Part shown: piece after piece, positions 23,601 through 38,000 of the stretch | Layout: each line of letters begins with the position of its first letter | Numbering within the stretch: position 1 is the first letter of the stretch | From: Pecten maximus | Taxonomy: Eukaryota | Length of the DNA stretch: 64,000 nt | Assembly (NCBI RefSeq): GCF_902652985.1 | Contig: NC_047030.1 | Location: forward strand, 4,898,001-4,962,000 | Direction: 5' to 3' | Notes under the pieces: generated by a model | The model's database searches: none | What the model was told of the DNA's origin: nothing | Seen by the model: only the letters and a program-made list of their open reading frames with translations | Position numbers and translations under genes: made by a program

Positions 23601-25423
23601 CATTTGGATTCGCTTTTGTTGTTTGAGAAACATTTATTATGTCTGGTTTGTAGTTGAACAGAACTGGTTCATCAAGATCAGCTGATAGAATGTATGGGTG
23701 GACTGGAACACAGGTTAACTTGATGCAAATCAATAAATGTCATTCATTTTGGTGATGGCTAGATTGCTTTTACTTACATATATGTACGCTGCAGTGACCT
23801 TGGTTCTCTGTGGAAAGTTCATTTGATTTCAAGAATAAATTAACACAAGATTTATTGGACCTGAAAGCCCAGTTTGTTAACTCTTGAACTTTGAGGAATT
23901 TAATGTCCACGGAAATAAAAAAAATACTTTTAGGAAAATTCTCTCTTCACTGTAACAATGTTTGGAAAAGGGAAAAAAATTATGGATTTTTCTGAAGTTA
24001 ACAAACACTCTTTAAAAGGCCTATTAAAATAATAGCAGTTTTCTTTTCCTCTCAAATTATGAAATGTGATTTGATCAGATCTTTATGTTGAGAATTAACT
24101 TAAACTATATTATGTAAATGCAAGAAATTATTGGGCTTTTTGGCTTTATATCCATGCCTGTATTTAGAAATTAGTCCTGATGATATTTTAGAAATATTTT
24201 AAATTCTACAGACATTTTTTTTGTTTGTATTAATTATATAATATACTGAATGAAATTATACAATATCGATTCACTAATCATATATACATCACACATTAGT
24301 TGTGATTTATTATCTCCCGAGAAACATGTTTGTAGGCATATTAACTATTACAATATTTTTTAAATGAGCTCTATTCATACAGTTGCTTGTGTGCATTTTC
24401 TGGTCCACGATACCCATGATACAAATGTATCGGACTAGTGGTTTTTTTTTGCCAGGTTTCCTTTCCAGCTGGTATTAACGGTGGGGCCTGGGGAATAATG
24501 CCACGCTTTGCATTACTGTGGTTGCCTTTTGTTCGACTAACTCCTGGAATAGAAAAAAAAATTATCATTTTGTGTTTTGTGCCTATTACAAATTTCTTAT
24601 GCTATTGATACAAATGTGAAAGTTGTACTGTTTCTTACTAACACATGTTTATGGAGGTTTTATTATCAGTAACTCGCATACAGTTACTGTTTACTGTATA
24701 TACACCTAATACAGTTTTCTCATTAACAATTATAATATTGTCCAAATGCTCATTTTCAGGGTGATGCAGATATTCTTTTTCAAATCTGGAGATTTCAGTT
24801 CTTCTGCAATTTCTCAAAGTTCATTTAAGCAATATTTGTGAACCCCACATGTCGTTATGATTATATGAGGTACTAGAACATTAATTTGTATCTACTGTAA
24901 GGTTAAACCCCAGTTGTCAGACCTTATAAATAGATGGGAAATCCTGAATATTTGTGTCTCATAAAGAACAATAAGAGCTCTATTTGCCAAGTGCAGATTT
25001 CACACCTGTTAATGTTGTCGCCATGAGAAATGTAATCCAATTAAATTCAGGTGAAAACGTTTGATATTAAGTATTTTACAGAATACAACATGCTCTTTGT
25101 AAGAGTGCGTTTCTATTACATTCCAGACTTTGGCCGACGCTGAGAAGGTTGCATCCAGCTTTCCATATCCATGGACATCCTCGGCCCCTGACAGAATCCG
25201 CCAGCCTCGTTCTGACCATGCAGACCTATACAAATCATACCAGGATATGACTTTGCCATCACGCCTCCAGACCAGCACAGGAGGAAAGGAGGAGGAATCT
25301 GTTGCTCTGAAACAGGCTACAGAAGACTTGCTGAATTCCACCTACTCTCTAATGTTCGAGATGGAAAAGATTAAGAAACAGCGAGACATTCACAGTACTC
25401 GCCACATAGGAAATGTGGCTTAG
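16771..25423 (+). CDS. MIIP: Migration and invasion inhibitory protein homolog; coding exons 16771-17637, 18349-18554, 18954-19024, 21174-21309, 21754-21850, 22256-22360, 25127-25423; 592 aa
   Basis: All introns are GT-AG with consistent phases (total 1779 nt). Family motifs LLGYDWIAALLD, YFEELREFRRINRDEC, YTVNDRLF and VRVSIPRSTLLSPHRVKPHRRKSIDDTDSFSLSTHCVKGY match my recollection of human MIIP (LGYDWIAGSLD ... [28 protein letters not shown]). Confidence 0.9.
18349..18554 (+). CDS. MIIP: MIIP exon (LGYDWIA motif)
   Basis: TTTTAG|TCC...GA|GTGAGT. Confidence 0.9.
18954..19024 (+). CDS. MIIP: MIIP exon
   Basis: TTTAAG|T...A|GTAAGT; phase 2 to 1 fits both neighbours. Confidence 0.8.
19928..20140. 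repeat. 42-bp minisatellite, 5 copies
   Basis: Unit TATTATGTTAATACAACAGTTATAGATTTGTACTGACGTCAG. Confidence 0.95.
21174..21309 (+). CDS. MIIP: MIIP exon (YTVNDRLF)
   Basis: TTTCAG|AG...AG|GTAGAT. Confidence 0.88.
21378..21590 (+). mobile_element. Degenerate CORE-type SINE
   Basis: GTGTCCTTGGGCAAGACACTTTACC CORE signature downstream of a decayed tRNA-like head. Confidence 0.55.
21754..21850 (+). CDS. MIIP: MIIP exon (VSIP...HRRKS)
   Basis: TTTCAG|G...ACG|GTAAGT. Confidence 0.9.
22256..22360 (+). CDS. MIIP: MIIP exon (HCVKGY)
   Basis: TTACAG|CAT...ACG|GTGAGA. Confidence 0.88.
25127..25423 (+). CDS. MIIP: MIIP last coding exon
   Basis: TTCCAG|ACT, phase 0, open to TAG; assigned by phase and position rather than by motif. 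Confidence 0.75.
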   Translation, partial: TLADAEKVASSFPYPWTSSAPDRIRQPRSDHADLYKSYQDMTLPSRLQTSTGGKEEESVALKQATEDLLNSTYSLMFEMEKIKKQRDIHSTRHIGNVA

Positions 25424-28400
25424 TATCATAATCATCCTTGTTAAGGACTGTCAGTGCAGACAATTATACTGTGATAGGTCTAGCGGCCACAAATTTATTC
25501 CAAAATCGTTTCGATCCTGTCTGAAGAGAATGTTGATTTGAAAAAATTAACCATCTTTACAGATGATTGAACCAATTTTAAATTACAAATTGAACTTATT
25601 AAGTGTCATGTTTATATCTTAGTACATGTATTGCTTAAGATATTTTTTTGATTGAATTATGGGGCATTTATAATCGATATAAAAGCAGATAACATTAAAT
25701 AATACCTATTTTACAGCAAACCAGCAGTGCCAAATATTTACATTCTTATATGACAATATAAGGTTAATACTATTATGACTATGAAATGTGAATCGCAGCA
25801 GTCTCTATATAAGTGAAATAATTCCTGATCATTTCTTTTTTCATTCTTTGTAACCATTTAACTTTCAGATCATTTCTAGTAACATACAATAACACTGACT
25901 ATTAATTATCACCAGAAATCAAAATGGCTGCATACCAAATTTAAAGAAATTTGTACTCTTAATTGTGTTGTAAAAATAAGATTGCTATTTGTTCTCCCAA
26001 CTCAGTCTTGCCATAATCAAATTATTTATTTTGATTGCTAGAAATAATTTGATAATACTTTTACTTTTTCCCCCTTTAAATACATGACAAATGGTATCCC
26101 ACAATTAATGTCTAGCATGCTAGTATTATCAAAATATAGGAGTTCTGGTTGATGAAAATGGTATGTATTATGAGACTATCCTGCTAATTGAGGACAACTA
26201 TTTCACTACCTGTATATAACAAGAGAAAAGATGGAAAGTGCTATCATTAGGCTTCTCCAGGTATCAAGAATTTTTCAATAACCTTTTCAATAACCTGGCT
26301 AAGTTTCACAATACTGAAGCAGACTGGTCTTTTTATATCAGATTCACTAATTCAACACTTAAACTTACATATTACATGTATATAATAATTAATTACCTTG
26401 TCTCAGTTGTGTTAGACTTTCAAACCATAGGTGGCAGTTTTTATTGGGTAGATGGTATATCATTGTTCACAGTATGACTAACTACTTTCAGCTCTGCTTG
26501 TATTAGAATGGATGTGAAATGTGTACATACATTTGATATTTTATCAATTTATGAAACTATAATAATTCCATTAAAACAAGATTTGGCTGATTTTGATAAA
26601 GTTATTGAATACTTTTAAAATGTGGTTAAACATTGACATATGATTCAGAACACAGTTTATAATCATACGTTGTTTATTTAGTTTGTGTTTGGTATTTAGA
26701 AAATTTATTAAATTTTCTTCTTTTTTTTTTAATTTAATGATGAGGTCTTAGTTCTGCAATGGTGCAGATATAACATCGTGACCCTTGAAATATCAATGAA
26801 ATCATTTGTATTACTGGTAATATATAAATTTTCTAACCATTTCCATGCTATCCATCATTTAAGGAGTAACAGTACTCGCAGTAAGAGTACTCAGATGAGG
26901 AATACATTTAAACAATTAGCATACATGTAGTTCTAGGAATTTTAAGTTCAATTATACAAAAAAAAGTTTTCCTCCATCTCGGACAAGCACTATGTAATGT
27001 GTCCAGAATATATAAGTACATTGTATATTTATTATCATTTAATTACATTGGTACTGTATATAGCAAAGTCTAATTTATCCAATTTTAGTTTGATATGTAA
27101 ATAAAATATGAAAGTAAAAAAAAAACTACTTTAGTTTGTTCCTTTGTCCATTTAATGCTGTAACCATACATGTATTTTAGTAATTTTTCGCGCTGGGTCA
27201 GCATTGTGCTAAATCATAACTGTGGTAACTGGAGCTTCTGTGCATTGTTTTCTGAGGCAAACATTGTAGCAGCACCAATTCTTTGTCACGTATTGGGATC
27301 TACAACTGGATGTTCAAATCTGAGAAAGTCAAAATAGGACATTTTGCAGTACATTGTATATGGTATAGCCAAACACAGTAAGCAATGAAATTGGTTAAAA
27401 GGAGTTTGATTTTGCCAGATGTTGAGAAGATAAGTATTTTTGAGAGAGGAACCATTCTCTTACAAAGATGCTCCACCAAGCAATGAATCCGAAATTGATA
27501 TATCTTGTTTATCGAGGAGTAAAATACAAGAGCCATATCATATAAAAGTCTTTAAGTGTACCAGTCTTTGGATAAAGGTACACATGTAGTTTATTTTCAA
27601 ATTCGCAAGCTTCCTTGATGTTGGTAGGGTAGAACATCTTGATACTCCAGGGTTTACATTCACTCTGCACCCTGGAATATACCGGCATTATGGTAGTACT
27701 TACGGCACACAACTAGCTAAGTATTTGGTGTCGGTGACAAAAACCTGACCAATCTCTTACATGAAGTCACAGAGGGGCGACAAAAAAGTTAAAAGCCGGT
27801 ACGTCAATTTAATAATATGATGACCTGAAGATTAATTTAATTTACATGAGAGGGTCAGACTAGTCTTTATTTTATCCACAAGGTGGCAATGACTGAGCCT
27901 TAATTCCACAACATATTTCAGAGTTGGAGAGAGGGAAACTGAATATAAACCTGGAGTTTTGAGGATTAGGTACACGTATGAATTAAATAAGAAACAGGAA
28001 AGCCTCAACTCTTCATAGAGTTGTAACATATACACATAACAAGACAATAACTACTTTATCATTGTCTTTTAATTTCAACATACTGCATGTAAACAACAAT
28101 TCTCACCCTCTCTCCCTCATTCTGTGACCTTTTCCACCATTCTTACTTCCTCCATTCAGCACTCGTAAATCATTAAAATTAAAAGACATGAGGAACTTCT
28201 TAAATTCTGTGGGTGTATCTAGCTCAGATTGCCCCAAATAAACTTTAGATGTATCTGAGATTTGCCATTCTACATCTAAATTTTGATGGTTCAATGTACA
28301 TTTACATACCTCTTTAAAATATCATTAACAACTTTTAACAAAATCTCCCAACCACCTTGTCCATCTTTATCACAGTTGCCAGGCACAATTTACTTTCTCA

Positions 28401-28948
28401 TAGGAAGGATGTCATGAATAGACAAGCTATCTATCATATACAATGTACAACATTAAACTCACAGAAAAATGAATTGTTACTGGCACCTGTGACCTTTATC
28501 AAGACCCAGCCAGAATTACCTGGTTATAAACAACCAATGGCACAAATACTTTGGTCCCCAACTGGGAAATGAAGCTTATTTAATGCAGTATTAATTAGAA
28601 AATGATGAAATCACTTTGACAATTCCATAGTGCTCTGAATTTTGTACTGTACATTTTCAGAACGCTTAGTATGGAGGTAAATATCCAGCAAAATCATGAT
28701 TGTAATTCCTATCTCTTTCTAAATGGCTGTTCATATTTATATCTAAAGCACTATTCAATATTATTGCCATTTCTGTGGTATTTTGTGTCTACATTCGTCC
28801 TTTCTGTGGCAAACTGTTAAGATGTTACGTGGTGAAGAGATGTTGATCGATGTCCAACCATGACCTATATATGCTATGATTGAGCCAATGGTGTTACATC
28901 ACATGTTGGTTATAAATCGGTCTTTATTCAGTTAATATGATGTGTCAT

Positions 28949-29029
28949 TCACTTCTTCTGACGTGGCTTCTTGTCCTTGAAGCTGTGACTTTTGTTTGAC
29001 TTGGATGTTGACAGTTTGGGTTTCTGTGC
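28949..29029 (-). CDS. EXOSC10: EXOSC10 exon 22 (last coding)
   Basis: [17 protein letters not shown]; AATAAA at 28928-28923 just downstream. Confidence 0.85.
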   Translation of the reverse strand, partial: AQKPKLSTSKSNKSHSFKDKKPRQKK

Positions 29030-32000
29030 CTGGCAACAAGAAAACTGTATAATTATAATATCCATCAACAACAATCATAAGCATGCACTGTCCTATTATA
29101 CTAACTGTATACAGGCATCTATTCTTAGACTAGTTAATGCCTTTTCCCCTTATCCTCAAATCCATCTTATCTGAGAGTCTCTCCACACATTAAGTGTATC
29201 TGTTGGACTTAAAGAGTCTAGCTACTTTCAGTTAAATAAACCTTTTTTACTAAAGACGAGCTGTCTACGATGTCTGTGCTTATACACAGGGACCTGAGAG
29301 GTTGCTACAACCAAAGAAAATCACACTTTTCAGTTATTATGTATCAACTACTTGTTAACAGGTCACTCACCTTGTTACCTTTGCCCTTTGACCCATAGTA
29401 CCTGTTGGGGTTATACACGTTTGATTTACCAGCTGAAGCGCCACCTACAACCAAATTTAATTAGTTAATACATTGACTGATCCTATGGAATCCTTTATCA
29501 ATAACTTACTGTTGGCATAATCAAGCTACACATTTTTTCACAAAGCCACAATGTTTGTAGCCAATATATTTCTATACTGCATTAACAATCTGACTCAGGC
29601 CAAATTCCTGTTAAATGTTCTTGTCAAGATGATGATTACACAAATTCTGTACTACAGGAAATAAAAACATAACAAAACAACATGATTAGGGACATGTTAA
29701 ACAACAAAGCAAAATTATACAAAGTGACAAACACTAGTCTTGATGAAACTTTAGTGTGGCATATTGCCAGACAAGCTGCACATTATCAGCACAGGGGCCC
29801 CAATAGGTTGTAAAAGTTTTGACAAATCCAATTGAACACATAAAGGTGATTGTTCAGCTAGGTTATATACATTTAAGGGGAGATGTAAAGGTACATTATA
29901 TTGTAATAGACCACTTTTAATTAATACTCTTCTTGAAGATAGTACAGGTTGGATTGTATTATTCCATCATATTTACCCTGAAACATGCTGCTGTCTGCTT
30001 TGCTGTAGTCGTAAGGCTGGAAACTATCCTCCAGATCTGCTACACTTTTAGTCTTCTTGTTCTTCTTTTTCTTCTCGTCTGCTTCAGTCAAGTCCTTTGT
30101 GACGCCAATCTTCTCCACTTTCTGCAACTTACTGTACTTTGCTTTTAATATCTGAAAATTATTTACCAGACAAAGTGAATTTGAAATGAATTTGATTACA
30201 ATCATGGGGTATCTATTATGTATTCAGAGTCCCAAAAATATAACAAATATTGTGTAAACCTTAAATGAATGGTTATTTTTGAAATCCATGTGTCCCTCTC
30301 TCAAAATTATGATGGCTGATTGATACGTTGTGAGCCTCATACTGAAGGATTTGAATTATTCCAGACATATTGTATTATTTTTCAACATAATTCCCTTCAG
30401 TATCTATACACTTTTGCCAGCAGTGTTTAAGGGCCTCAATGCCACTTTTATTGAACTCCTTTCTTGGCTGTTCAGAAAGTAAATATACTGCATGTCAGGG
30501 TTAGGGTGCCTGAAATAGCTATTTACAGTTTTGGAAAATAGATGAAAGTCTGATGGAGCGAGATCAGGTGAATAATATTGCGGATGCTCGATCAATTTAA
30601 AGCCACAATTGTGAATGGTAGCCATGGCAATAACAGACTCTTTCATCTAACCAGTTTTGTCCATTTTGCAAAAGCCGCTTGCTGTGTTTACTTTAGAGTG
30701 CTATCTTGTCGATATAAACTAACCAAATGAGACCAGTTCTTGGGTACAGGGCCGTATATAGAGAATAGAATGACTTTAAAAGAACATCCTTGAGTACCTC
30801 CTTCAATACGAGGCTCACAACTTATCAATCAGCCCTCGTACATACTGTATCTATTCTGCATCATTTGGTTTTCAGATGTTGGCAATTTCTCAAGATACTT
30901 CAAACCTAGCTTTATCTTACATAAAAATTTGCAACAAGAACATTACAACTTAGCTTGCAAGTGGATAAAAACCATAGTTCAATGAACCACAATTAATCCT
31001 GACCAGAAGTAATAAATTGTTCAAAAGATGATACCAATATGGTCTAATAAGATAACAGACCTGTGATAGTGTTTTACGAGGAGTTGATTCTTCCTCTGCC
31101 TTTTCCTCGTTTTCTTCCTTTTTTTGTCGCTTGGCAGGAGGACCTGTAATAAGAGAATCTCCTATTTAAATAAGTTTAGTACAAAATTCAACTATCCATA
31201 AGGATGCATCCTACCTTATTTACAAAGTCATGCATCTCCTTCCAAAAGAGTTCCACATAAGAATACATCAAAAAGAGTTCCACTTAAGGATACATCCTAC
31301 TTTGTTTATGAAGTCACGCATCTCCTTCCAAAAGAGTTCCATTTAAGGATCCATCCTACTTTGTTTATGAAGTCATGCATCTCCTTCCAAAAGAGTTCCA
31401 TTTAAGGATCCATCCTACTTTGTTTATGAAGTCATGCATCTCCTTCCAAAAGAGTTCCACTTAAGGATACATCCTACTTTGTTTATGATGTCATGCATCT
31501 CCTTCCAAAAGAGTTCCACTTAAGGATACATCCTACTTTGTTTATGAAGTCATGCATCTCCTTCCAAAAGAGTTCCACTTAAGGATACATCCAACTTTAG
31601 AATTAATCAACAATTTAAATCTCAACTAAAACCCGCCAAAAAAGTTCATGAATTAATTTTCTAAACTATATTCTCTAACCATGATAGAATGCCCTTTTCT
31701 AATTTTTGATTATTTTTTCCTCTATCAGTTCCACTGTGACAGTTTTAATACACATGTATTGATATTTTTCATTTTTTGTCATTGGGTACCTGGAGCTGGA
31801 GAGGATGTGGCCTTTTCCTCAGGTAACTTTCTTTTAACTGTGTTCTTGACTAGTTTCCATTTCACATCAATCTATAAAACACAACAGGAATTACTTTCAT
31901 GTACAAACAGTGGAGTTTTTTGGAAACCAGGAAATGGCATTATACAACATAATTGTTTTTAGTACAGGACACACATTATACATGTCAGTTTTAGTCCAAT

Positions 32001-35000
32001 GACGGTACATGAACAATATTAAAAACCAATGGTGAAATCATTTACAGCCTAATACTTATTATTACCTATTTCACAGCAGAATGTAACTAATATTGTAGAT
32101 AATTTGATAACTTTTCATGAAATTGCTGAGAGTTATCGGTAAAAGTGGAAACTGTTATCCACATTTTAATCAATAATAAATAATATGATCTTAAATGGGT
32201 TTTCATTTCATGTGCAATTGAGATTTTATGAAATGAGTCCTAAATCAAAGTCATGAAATGAAACAAATTTATGATACTTTATACATGACTCAGAAAACTT
32301 AGATTTCTACCGATTTGATAAAGTCAACATGTGGAAGACTAAATCAAAAGTAGACAACCATTTTGTTGTGTCATTCACAATTCATCACATCATGTGACGT
32401 CATTATCCAATAGTATGATGTCACATCTATTTCTGACTAGCACTGCAGATGAAAAATGCTCCATTATAAAAAAATATTACACATGTGAATTTACTGGATA
32501 ACAGACAGATTATGCAATAAATCTATTAATAAAATGTGTATATAGAGGTTACACAACAAGTGGTTGTTGGATATGGTTTTTATTTCACACGAGTAAGTTA
32601 TTTTTTTAAAGTTACAAAAGACACGAGCTTTAGCGTTATTTTACTCGTGTGAAATAAATTCCATATCATACCATCACAAGTCATGTGACCTGTTTTTACC
32701 ACAATAATATCGGCTGGAATCAAAGGGAAACGTTGCCAAGTCTTATTTCGCATATACAAATAAGTTGTACAGGTGACGGCTGTGACCCGGTGATGTGACG
32801 TCACTCCATTATCAATTACAATTGCAGCTCGGGTCAAAGTTCAAATTCTTGACCAATCAAAAGACCGGAAGGTCATATTCCACTAGTGGTATATAGCATA
32901 TATTTATCCAACAGTCGGGACATTTATACAATGGCTTGAGAGTGGAATAATACAGCGTATTATGGTAGAAATATAACATGTACATCCTTCCTGAAATAGA
33001 AGGTATGGATGTTAACATGCACTCACCAACTGTATGCCCCCAGATGAGTTTGAATTCAAATTTGCCTTTGTCTTCACCGGAGATTCCTTTATAATCGGTA
33101 AGTACTACAAATATACAGATATTTACATTTTAACTCATTCTCAGTGATTCATAGTTCAGCAGTTAATTAGCACATACCAGGATTATACATACCAGGATTA
33201 TGGTTCTCATTAATGAATAAAATTGACTTGTAAAGCTGTGAGGTACGTATATGGACAGAAATACTACACAAAGACATGACACATAACTAGGTATAGTGAT
33301 ATATGTATCAGGTAATCTACAAACCTATACAGATATTTCATTTTGGACAGAAATTTTACAAAGATGGTAACCTCTAGGGAAAAAGTTTTCCAGAGTTATC
33401 TATATAGAGATAGCAGCAATGCTTGTAAGGGCAACACTTAATAGATTTTTGTTTATACATCAGTATGTTGTATAGTGTGCCAATGTACACAAATCATATC
33501 TCTTCAATGACATTGCTAAATGAAACATCTAGTCAATATGGAAGAAGTCACCCTTGTCAATATATTAACACATTATGAAAACTTTCAGTAAATAAGTACT
33601 AGAAGTTACCTTTTCAAATGGACTGACAAAAAGTTCATGAATCTTGGCAGCAATCTTCATAGCTTGAGACTCTTTTTCTGTTTTCATCTAAATCGAAGAT
33701 AAAGCAGTATAAATATTTGTTTGACAGTCTCAAGTTAAATCTACACACCAAATGTACCAAAAAATCAAAATCCTGTCATAAAAACAATACAAAGAGATAA
33801 TTTGGATCTCATTTGGCCAATAATGTTCCAGACCAAATTTCATCAAAATCCATCCAGTAGTTCAGGACTAGTAGGGATTAAAGGATTTAGCTCAATTTTC
33901 ACTGTTAGACCCTGTCAGACCCTGTCTGTCCAGCTCCAGGGGAGCCAAGCTCTTATCTATAAAACATTGGATTTTCTTTGCCCAATTAAAGTTCATCAAA
34001 ATCCATTTGGGTAATCAGGACTATACTAGCAATTTAAATAATTTACCTCAATTTCCCCTATTGCCCCCTGCCCATCTGGCCCCAAGGGGAGCCACATACT
34101 TCATTTATACAACATTAGACCTCCTTTGCCCATTAATGCTCTAGACCATATTTCATCAAAATCCATTCGGGTTTTGGTCGATATAAAGGAAATATGAAGG
34201 ACAATGGATGGATGATGAACGAACAATAGACAGACTATGGATGTGTGCCTTGGCATAATCTCACAAGCCCTTTGGACCAGGCTAAATATGAGGTTGATGT
34301 AACTATAATTTAACTGTATAAAATGTTTCTGAAAGGTAGTACACTCACTTTTAGGGAGCTGTAAACAGTAAGATCTGGGTCTGTCTTCAGTGTGACACTA
34401 GGGTGAAGGTCAGAGAACTGTAGTGACAGGGGATAGTGGCTAGTCAGATTCCTGGGGTCTGGTAAAACAATATACAGAATCATTATAATCACTCTCATCT
34501 GGTAAACCAATATACAGATCATTATAATCACTCATCTGGTAAAACAATAAACAGAATCACTCATCTGGTGAAACAATAAACAGAATCATTATAATCACTC
34601 ATCTGGTAAAACAATATACAGAATCATTATAATCACTCATCTGGTAAAACAATATACAGAATCATTATAATCACTCATCTGGTAAAACAATAAACAGAAT
34701 CACTCATCTGGTGAAACAATAAACAGAATCATTATAATCACTCATCTGGTAAAACAATATACAGAATCATTATAATCACTCACTCATCTGGTAAAACAAT
34801 AAACAGAATCATTATAATCACTCTCATCTGGTAAAACAATATACAGAATCATTATAATCACTCACTCATCTGGTAAAACAATATACAGAATCATTATAAT
34901 CACACTCATCTGGTAAAACAATATACAGATCATTATAATCACTCTCATCTGGTAAAACAATATACAGAATCATTATAATCACTCACTCATCTGGTAAAAC

Positions 35001-38000
35001 AATATACAGAATCATTATAATCACTCACTCATCTGGTAAAACAATAAACAGAATCATTATAATCACTCACTCATCTGGTAAACAAATATACAGAATCATT
35101 ATAATCACTCTCATCTGGTAAACCAATATACAGAATCATTATAATCACTCACTCATCTGGTAACTAGATAATTTTAATTTTTACAATTCACAAGAATTTA
35201 TGTCACTAGAAAGAAAGAAAAAAATATCTAATCTCTGTGGGTTGTAATTGGAAATTATATTTAATATATGTATATAATATTAATATTATATCCATATATT
35301 AAATATAATTTCCAATTACAGGTTAGACTGTATTTGTTTTAATAGAGGTATATTATATAATATTACTGATATATTAAAAGAGTTAACTACATCTTGCTTA
35401 TTATTACAGTTGTTCAATACCTTATCGCCCCTTTGTAAAGCACCTTATCAACAAGACTTTTGTTAACCATCAAGAAAACTTTGTGTTTACAGTCATCATG
35501 CCCCATTAAATTTTACATAAAACTTTACTGTCATACCTGAACGTTTCCCAGGAGTTAAGTATTACTGTCATACCTGAATGTTTCCTACGAGTTAAGTATT
35601 ACTGTCATACCTGAATGTTTCCCAGGAGTTCAGTATTACTGTCATACCTGAATGTTTCCCAAGAGTTCAGTATTACTGTCATACCTGAATGTTTCCCAGG
35701 TGTTAAGTATAACTGTCATACCTGAATGTTTCCCAGGAGTTCAGTATTACTGTCATACCTGAATGTTTCCCAGGAGTTAAGTATTACTGTCATACCTGAA
35801 TGTTTCCCAGGAGTTCAGTATTACTGTCATACCTGAATGTTTCCCAGGAGTTCAGTATTACTGTCATACCTGAATGTTTCCCAGGGGTTCAGTATTACTG
35901 TCATACCTGAATGTTTCCCAGGAGTTCAGTATTACTGTCATACCTGAATGTTTCCCAGGAGTTCAGTATTACAGTCATACCTGAATGTTTCCCAGGAGTT
36001 AAGTATTACTGTCATACCTGAATGTTTCCCAGGAGTTCAGTATTACTGTCATACATGAACGTTTCCTATGAGTTCAGTATTACTGTCATACCTGAATGTT
36101 TCCCAGGAGTTCAGTATTACTGTCATACTTGAATGTTTTCCAGGAGTTCAGTATTACTGTCAAACCTTAATGTTTCCCAGAAGTTCAGTATTACTGTCAT
36201 ACCTGAATGTTTCCCAGGAGTTCAGTATTACTGTCATACCTGAATGTTTCCCAGGAGTTCAGTATTACTGTCATACCTGAATGTTTCCCAGTAGTTCAGT
36301 ATTACTGTCATACCTGAATGTTTCCCAGGAGTTCAGTATTACTGTCATACCTGAATGTTTCCCAGGAGTTCAGTATTACTGTCATACCTGAATGTCTCTC
36401 AGGAGTTCAGTATTACTGTCATACCTGAATGTTTCCCAGGAGTTCAGTATTACTGTCATACCTGAATGTTTCCCAGGAGTTCAGTATTACTGTCATACCT
36501 GAATGTGTCCCAGGAGTTCAGTATTACTGTCATACCTGAATGTTTCCCAGGAGTTCAGTATTACTGTCATACCTGAATGTTTCCCAGGAGTTCAGTATTA
36601 CTGTCATACCTGAATGTTTCCCAGGAGTTCAGTATTACTGTCATACCTGAATGTGTCCCAGGAGTTCAGTATTACTGTCATACCTGAATGTTTCCCAGGA
36701 GTTCAGTATTACTGTCATACCTGAATGTTTCCCAGGAGTTCAGTATTACTGTCATACCTGAATGTTTCCCAGGAGTTCAGTATTACTGTCATACCTGAAT
36801 GTTTCCCAGTAGTTCAGTATTACTGTCATACCTGAATGTTTCCCAGTAGTTCAGTATTACTGTCATACCTGAATGTTTCCCAGGAGTTCAGTATTACTGT
36901 CATACCTGAATGTTTCCCAGGAGTTCAGTATTACTGTCATACCTGAATGTTTCCCAGGAGTTCAGTATTACTGTCATACCTGAATGTTTCCCAGTAGTTC
37001 AGTATTACTGTCATACCTGAATGTTTCCCAGGAGTTCAGTATTACTGTCATACCTGAATGTTTCCCAGGAGTTCAGTATTACTGTCATACCTGAATGTCT
37101 CTCAGGAGTTCAGTATTACTGTCATACCTGAATGTTTCCCAGGAGTTCAGTATTACTGTCATACCTGAATGTTTCCCAGGAGTTCAGTATTACTGTCATA
37201 CCTGAATGTTTCCCAGGAGTTCAGTATTACAGTCATACCTGAATGTTTCCCAGGAGTTCAGTATTACAGTCATACCTGAATGTTTCCCAGGAGTTAAGTA
37301 TTACTGTCATACCTGAATGTTTCCCAGGAGTTCAGTATTACTGTCATACATGAACGTTTCCTATGAGTTCAGTATTACTGTCATACCTGAATGTTTCCCA
37401 GGAGTTCAGTATTACTGTCATACTTGAATGTTTTCCAGGAGTTCAGTATTACTGTCAAACCTTAATGTTTCCCAGAAGTTCAGTATTACTGTCATACCTG
37501 AATGTTTCCCAGGAGTTCAGTATTACTGTCATACCTGAATGTTTCCCAGGAGTTCAGTATTACTGTCATACCTGAATGTTTCCCAGTAGTTCAGTATTAC
37601 TGTCATACCTGAATGTTTCCCAGGAGTTCAGTATTACTGTCATACCTGAATGTTTCCCAGGAGTTCAGTATTACTGTCATACCTGAATGTCTCTCAGGAG
37701 TTCAGTATTACTGTCATACCTGAATGTTTCCCAGGAGTTCAGTATTACTGTCATACCTGAATGTTTCCCAGGAGTTCAGTATTACTGTCATACCTGAATG
37801 TTTCCCAGGAGTTCAGTATTACTGTCATACCTGAATGTTTCCCAGGAGTTCAGTATTACAGTCATACCTGAATGTTTCCCAGGAGTTAAGTATTACTATC
37901 ATACCTGAATGTGTCCCAGGAGTTCAGTATTACTGTCATACCTGAAAGTTTCCCAGGAGTTCAGTATTACTGTCATACCTGAATGTTTCCCAGGAGTTCA

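Noticed and set aside
27180-28570. Several short - strand ORFs between MIIP and EXOSC10 with coding-like composition
   Set aside because: Many stops, no recognisable motif and no consistent exon chain; may be UTR or a decayed element.
30404-30646. 80-aa ORF with a mariner YSPDL motif as an active transposase or SETMAR-like gene
   Set aside because: Small frameshifted remnant inside a 530-bp MITE.
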